Shown: positions 13,064 to 15,024 of the stretch, one piece after another | Layout: each line of letters starts with the position of its first letter | Position numbering within the stretch: the stretch's first letter is position 1 | NCBI GenBank assembly: GCA_001563335.1 | Contig: LRSL01000101.1 | Span: 1-15,024 of the forward strand | DNA from: Candidatus Thorarchaeota archaeon SMTZ1-45 | GTDB taxonomy: Archaea > Asgardarchaeota > Thorarchaeia > Thorarchaeales > Thorarchaeaceae | Reading direction: 5' to 3' | DNA length: 15,024 bases | Made by a program: the position numbers and the translations under genes | The notes under the pieces: generated by a model | The model's database searches: none | The model's input: the letters and a program-made list of their open reading frames with translations, nothing else | What the model was told of the DNA's origin: nothing

Positions 13064-13156
13064 AAAATTCCTCCGTTTATGCAGTGGACTATGGAGTCCT
13101 GTAGTTTATACTGCAGGGTTCTTGTAGAGGCCATTTAAGCGTACCGAAACCTCGTC

Positions 13157-14233
13157 CTACTCTCTAGGAAGCAGGAAGAACTCCTCGTCAATTATAAGTC
13201 CATAGACTGTGGCCCCAGTATCAGTGTCATTATCAAGAAGAAACTCATCGAGTTCAGTGATTTCAAAGGTTTCTGAGTCCATCAATTGAACGGGTTGACC
13301 ATAAACTCGCGTCGTGACCATATACTTGCGTCTTTCATCCTTAGAGGCGAGATATTCTATTGTTCGCCACTTTGAACTCTTTGGATTAATTGTAAATCTC
13401 TGTTTCTGAACTAAATCAAAACAAGTGAGACCACTCTTACCCATTGCCATAACTTGGCAAGGATTGTCGAGCACTCTTACAAAATCGCCTAATCCAAACC
13501 TGTTCAGCCGGATTAGAATAGTTATTCGAAACTTGTCCTTTCCCCCTTTATCCTGACCAACTAACTTGTAATTTTGCTTTCGTTGAGCGAGATATTGATA
13601 CTCGAGAACATCAGCAATGGACCTACAGAGATGCTCAGAACCTAGTTGAAAGTCGATACCATATTTGTCAGTGCTGATTTTTGTCACAAACGCCTTTTCA
13701 TTAGTTCCGTACTCTGCAACTGTCATCTCTGTCACAATGCGGACAATATCATCCTCTTCCTCTTCTGTTAGTTTTCGGCCATCAGCACGTATCTGAAGTG
13801 TTGCTTCATAGTACCCTCCACTCATCATGCCACAGGTATCACACGTGCCATAGGAAAACCGTACTTCAACGTTGTGTTGTTCCTCATGAGGCGGGAGCGT
13901 ATCATGAGATTTTCCAATGACTTTCAGAACGATGGAAAGTACCCGGTCTAATCGTTTTTCTTCCTCAATAGTAATCTCGACTCCACTGACAAGAGGCTTC
14001 AGCTCATGATCGAGTAGAACATCCACCTGATGTGGCCAGAGATCATCTGAGTCAGTCGCCTCAACTGACAACTTTTTCCAACCACCAGGTATTTTCACTG
14101 CTCCGCATTTTCTGCAGCTGAGTAGTGTCAGTGGGGTTTTGACCTCAATCAATGGATGCTCCTTGTCATAACAATCAGCACAAAGCCCATCCACGACTGC
14201 AGGTTCCCCACATTGATAACAGGGGGGTTTCAA
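13157..14233 (-). CDS. nmd3: NMD3-family large ribosomal subunit maturation protein
   Basis: Four CxxC pairs (CYQC, CADC, CRKC, CDTC), 'GGYYEATLQIR', 'KLVG.D..G', C-terminal OB-like 'VQLMDSETFE'. TTG start. Confidence 0.93.
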   Translation of the reverse strand: MKPPCYQCGEPAVVDGLCADCYDKEHPLIEVKTPLTLLSCRKCGAVKIPGGWKKLSVEATDSDDLWPHQVDVLLDHELKPLVSGVEITIEEEKRLDRVLSIVLKVIGKSHDTLPPHEEQHNVEVRFSYGTCDTCGMMSGGYYEATLQIRADGRKLTEEEEDDIVRIVTEMTVAEYGTNEKAFVTKISTDKYGIDFQLGSEHLCRSIADVLEYQYLAQRKQNYKLVGQDKGGKDKFRITILIRLNRFGLGDFVRVLDNPCQVMAMGKSGLTCFDLVQKQRFTINPKSSKWRTIEYLASKDERRKYMVTTRVYGQPVQLMDSETFEITELDEFLLDNDTDTGATVYGLIIDEEFFLLPRE

Positions 14234-14363
14234 TTAGACCAACCTGAGCTTATCATACTAATTCACTTAAAATGTGGACTGTTTGTACAAATAGTAAGCA
14301 TAATGAATAGGATACACCGGTTTACATCAGTCTGGATTTAACAAATAGATGGGTGAAAATTGA

Positions 14364-14744
14364 TTGAACGCACAGAAGATTGCAGTAACTGCAGATATAG
14401 AAAATGGTCTTAATAGTCCCATAAGCGGCCACTTTGGTCATTGTAGGGCATTCATAGTCACTACAATTGAGGATGGTGAAATTGCAAAAGTGGAAACAAT
14501 ACCTAACCTCAGTCATAGTAGCTGTGCAGAACCAGTAAATCAGCTTGTGGAATTGGGTGTAGACGTTCTAATTACCATGGGCATGGGAATGAAACCTTTC
14601 ATGACAGCACAACAACTTGGTTTGACTATTGTCCGAAGTGGTAACGCAACAGTGGGTGATGCAGTTCGAGCTTACCTTAAAGGATTGGGAGAAATAATGG
14701 ACCGTGATGGTCTTTGTGGCGGTGCTGGCGGAGGATGCCATTAG
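14364..14744 (+). CDS. NifB/NifX-family (MTH1175-like) metal/cofactor-binding protein
   Basis: 'KIAV', 'ISGHFGHCRAF', 'GVDVLITMGMG', 'TVGDAVRAYLKG'. TTG start after GGGTGA. Confidence 0.9.
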   Translation: MNAQKIAVTADIENGLNSPISGHFGHCRAFIVTTIEDGEIAKVETIPNLSHSSCAEPVNQLVELGVDVLITMGMGMKPFMTAQQLGLTIVRSGNATVGDAVRAYLKGLGEIMDRDGLCGGAGGGCH

Positions 14745-14747
14745 TCT

Positions 14748-15023
14748 TCAGAGTTTAACCCACTGTGCATGAGGGTGACCTTCAATGTACAAAACAGCTT
14801 GCTCATGGACAAGACCTGCATTCATTGCAGCTTCCACTGTTCTCTTTCCAACCATATTAGCAATGGTTGCTTTTTCCAAGTGCTGTAAACAGACCTTGAG
14901 ATCGACTAGGTCACCGCCATAAAACTCCTCACTAATTTTGAACCTCAAGTCACCTTGTTTCAGAGTCTTCCCCAAGAGTCCCTTGTCGCACATCGCCACA
15001 AGATAATGCTCATGTGTTTCGCT
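14748..15023 (-). CDS. DUF424-family conserved archaeal protein (5'-truncated)
   Basis: 'LVAMCDKGLLGK', 'ISEEFYGG', 'ATIANMVG', 'IEGHPHAQ'. The frame stays open to the window end (SETHEHYLVAMCD). Confidence 0.9.
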   Translation of the reverse strand, partial: SETHEHYLVAMCDKGLLGKTLKQGDLRFKISEEFYGGDLVDLKVCLQHLEKATIANMVGKRTVEAAMNAGLVHEQAVLYIEGHPHAQWVKL

Positions 15024-15024
15024 A

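Noticed and set aside
130-14516. Remaining short ORFs in the track (e.g. 4731..5066, 9713..10102, 11473..11847, 12265..12687)
   Set aside because: They are shadow ORFs overlapping well-supported genes on the opposite strand or in another frame, with no recognisable motifs.
14364-14744. Nitrogen fixation
   Set aside because: NifB/NifX-domain proteins are widespread in non-diazotrophic archaea, and no nif structural genes are in the window.

Overview
Archaeal chromosomal window, probably from an Asgard-type (Thorarchaeia-like) or related TACK genome. This is inferred from topoisomerase VI, aIF-1A, an A1-U72 tRNA-Gln and a ribophorin I homologue. Left part (1-3491): the 3' end of a large hypothetical gene, then tRNA-Gln(UUG). 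Two further copies of the tRNA 3' end follow, and they delimit two tight single-gene cassettes: an AbiV/HEPN-family defence gene and a frameshifted GNAT acetyltransferase. No integrase is present in the window. Middle (3492-8676): an HD phosphohydrolase and a 991-aa membrane-anchored ribophorin I (RPN1/Ost1)-like protein. Its N-terminus carries a DOMON/CBM9-like domain split by an inserted FKBP prolyl-isomerase domain, followed by an Ig-like domain. It lies head-to-head with an AglH/ALG7-type GlcNAc-1-P transferase, giving an N-glycosylation locus with a possible built-in folding/lectin module. Right part (8673-15024): the conserved archaeal cluster DUF424 - NMD3 - aIF-1A - Rio1 - KH(Dim2/Pno1) - top6B - top6A on the minus strand, interrupted by a NifB/NifX-family gene on the plus strand. 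All family calls come from motif recognition by eye; no searches were run.
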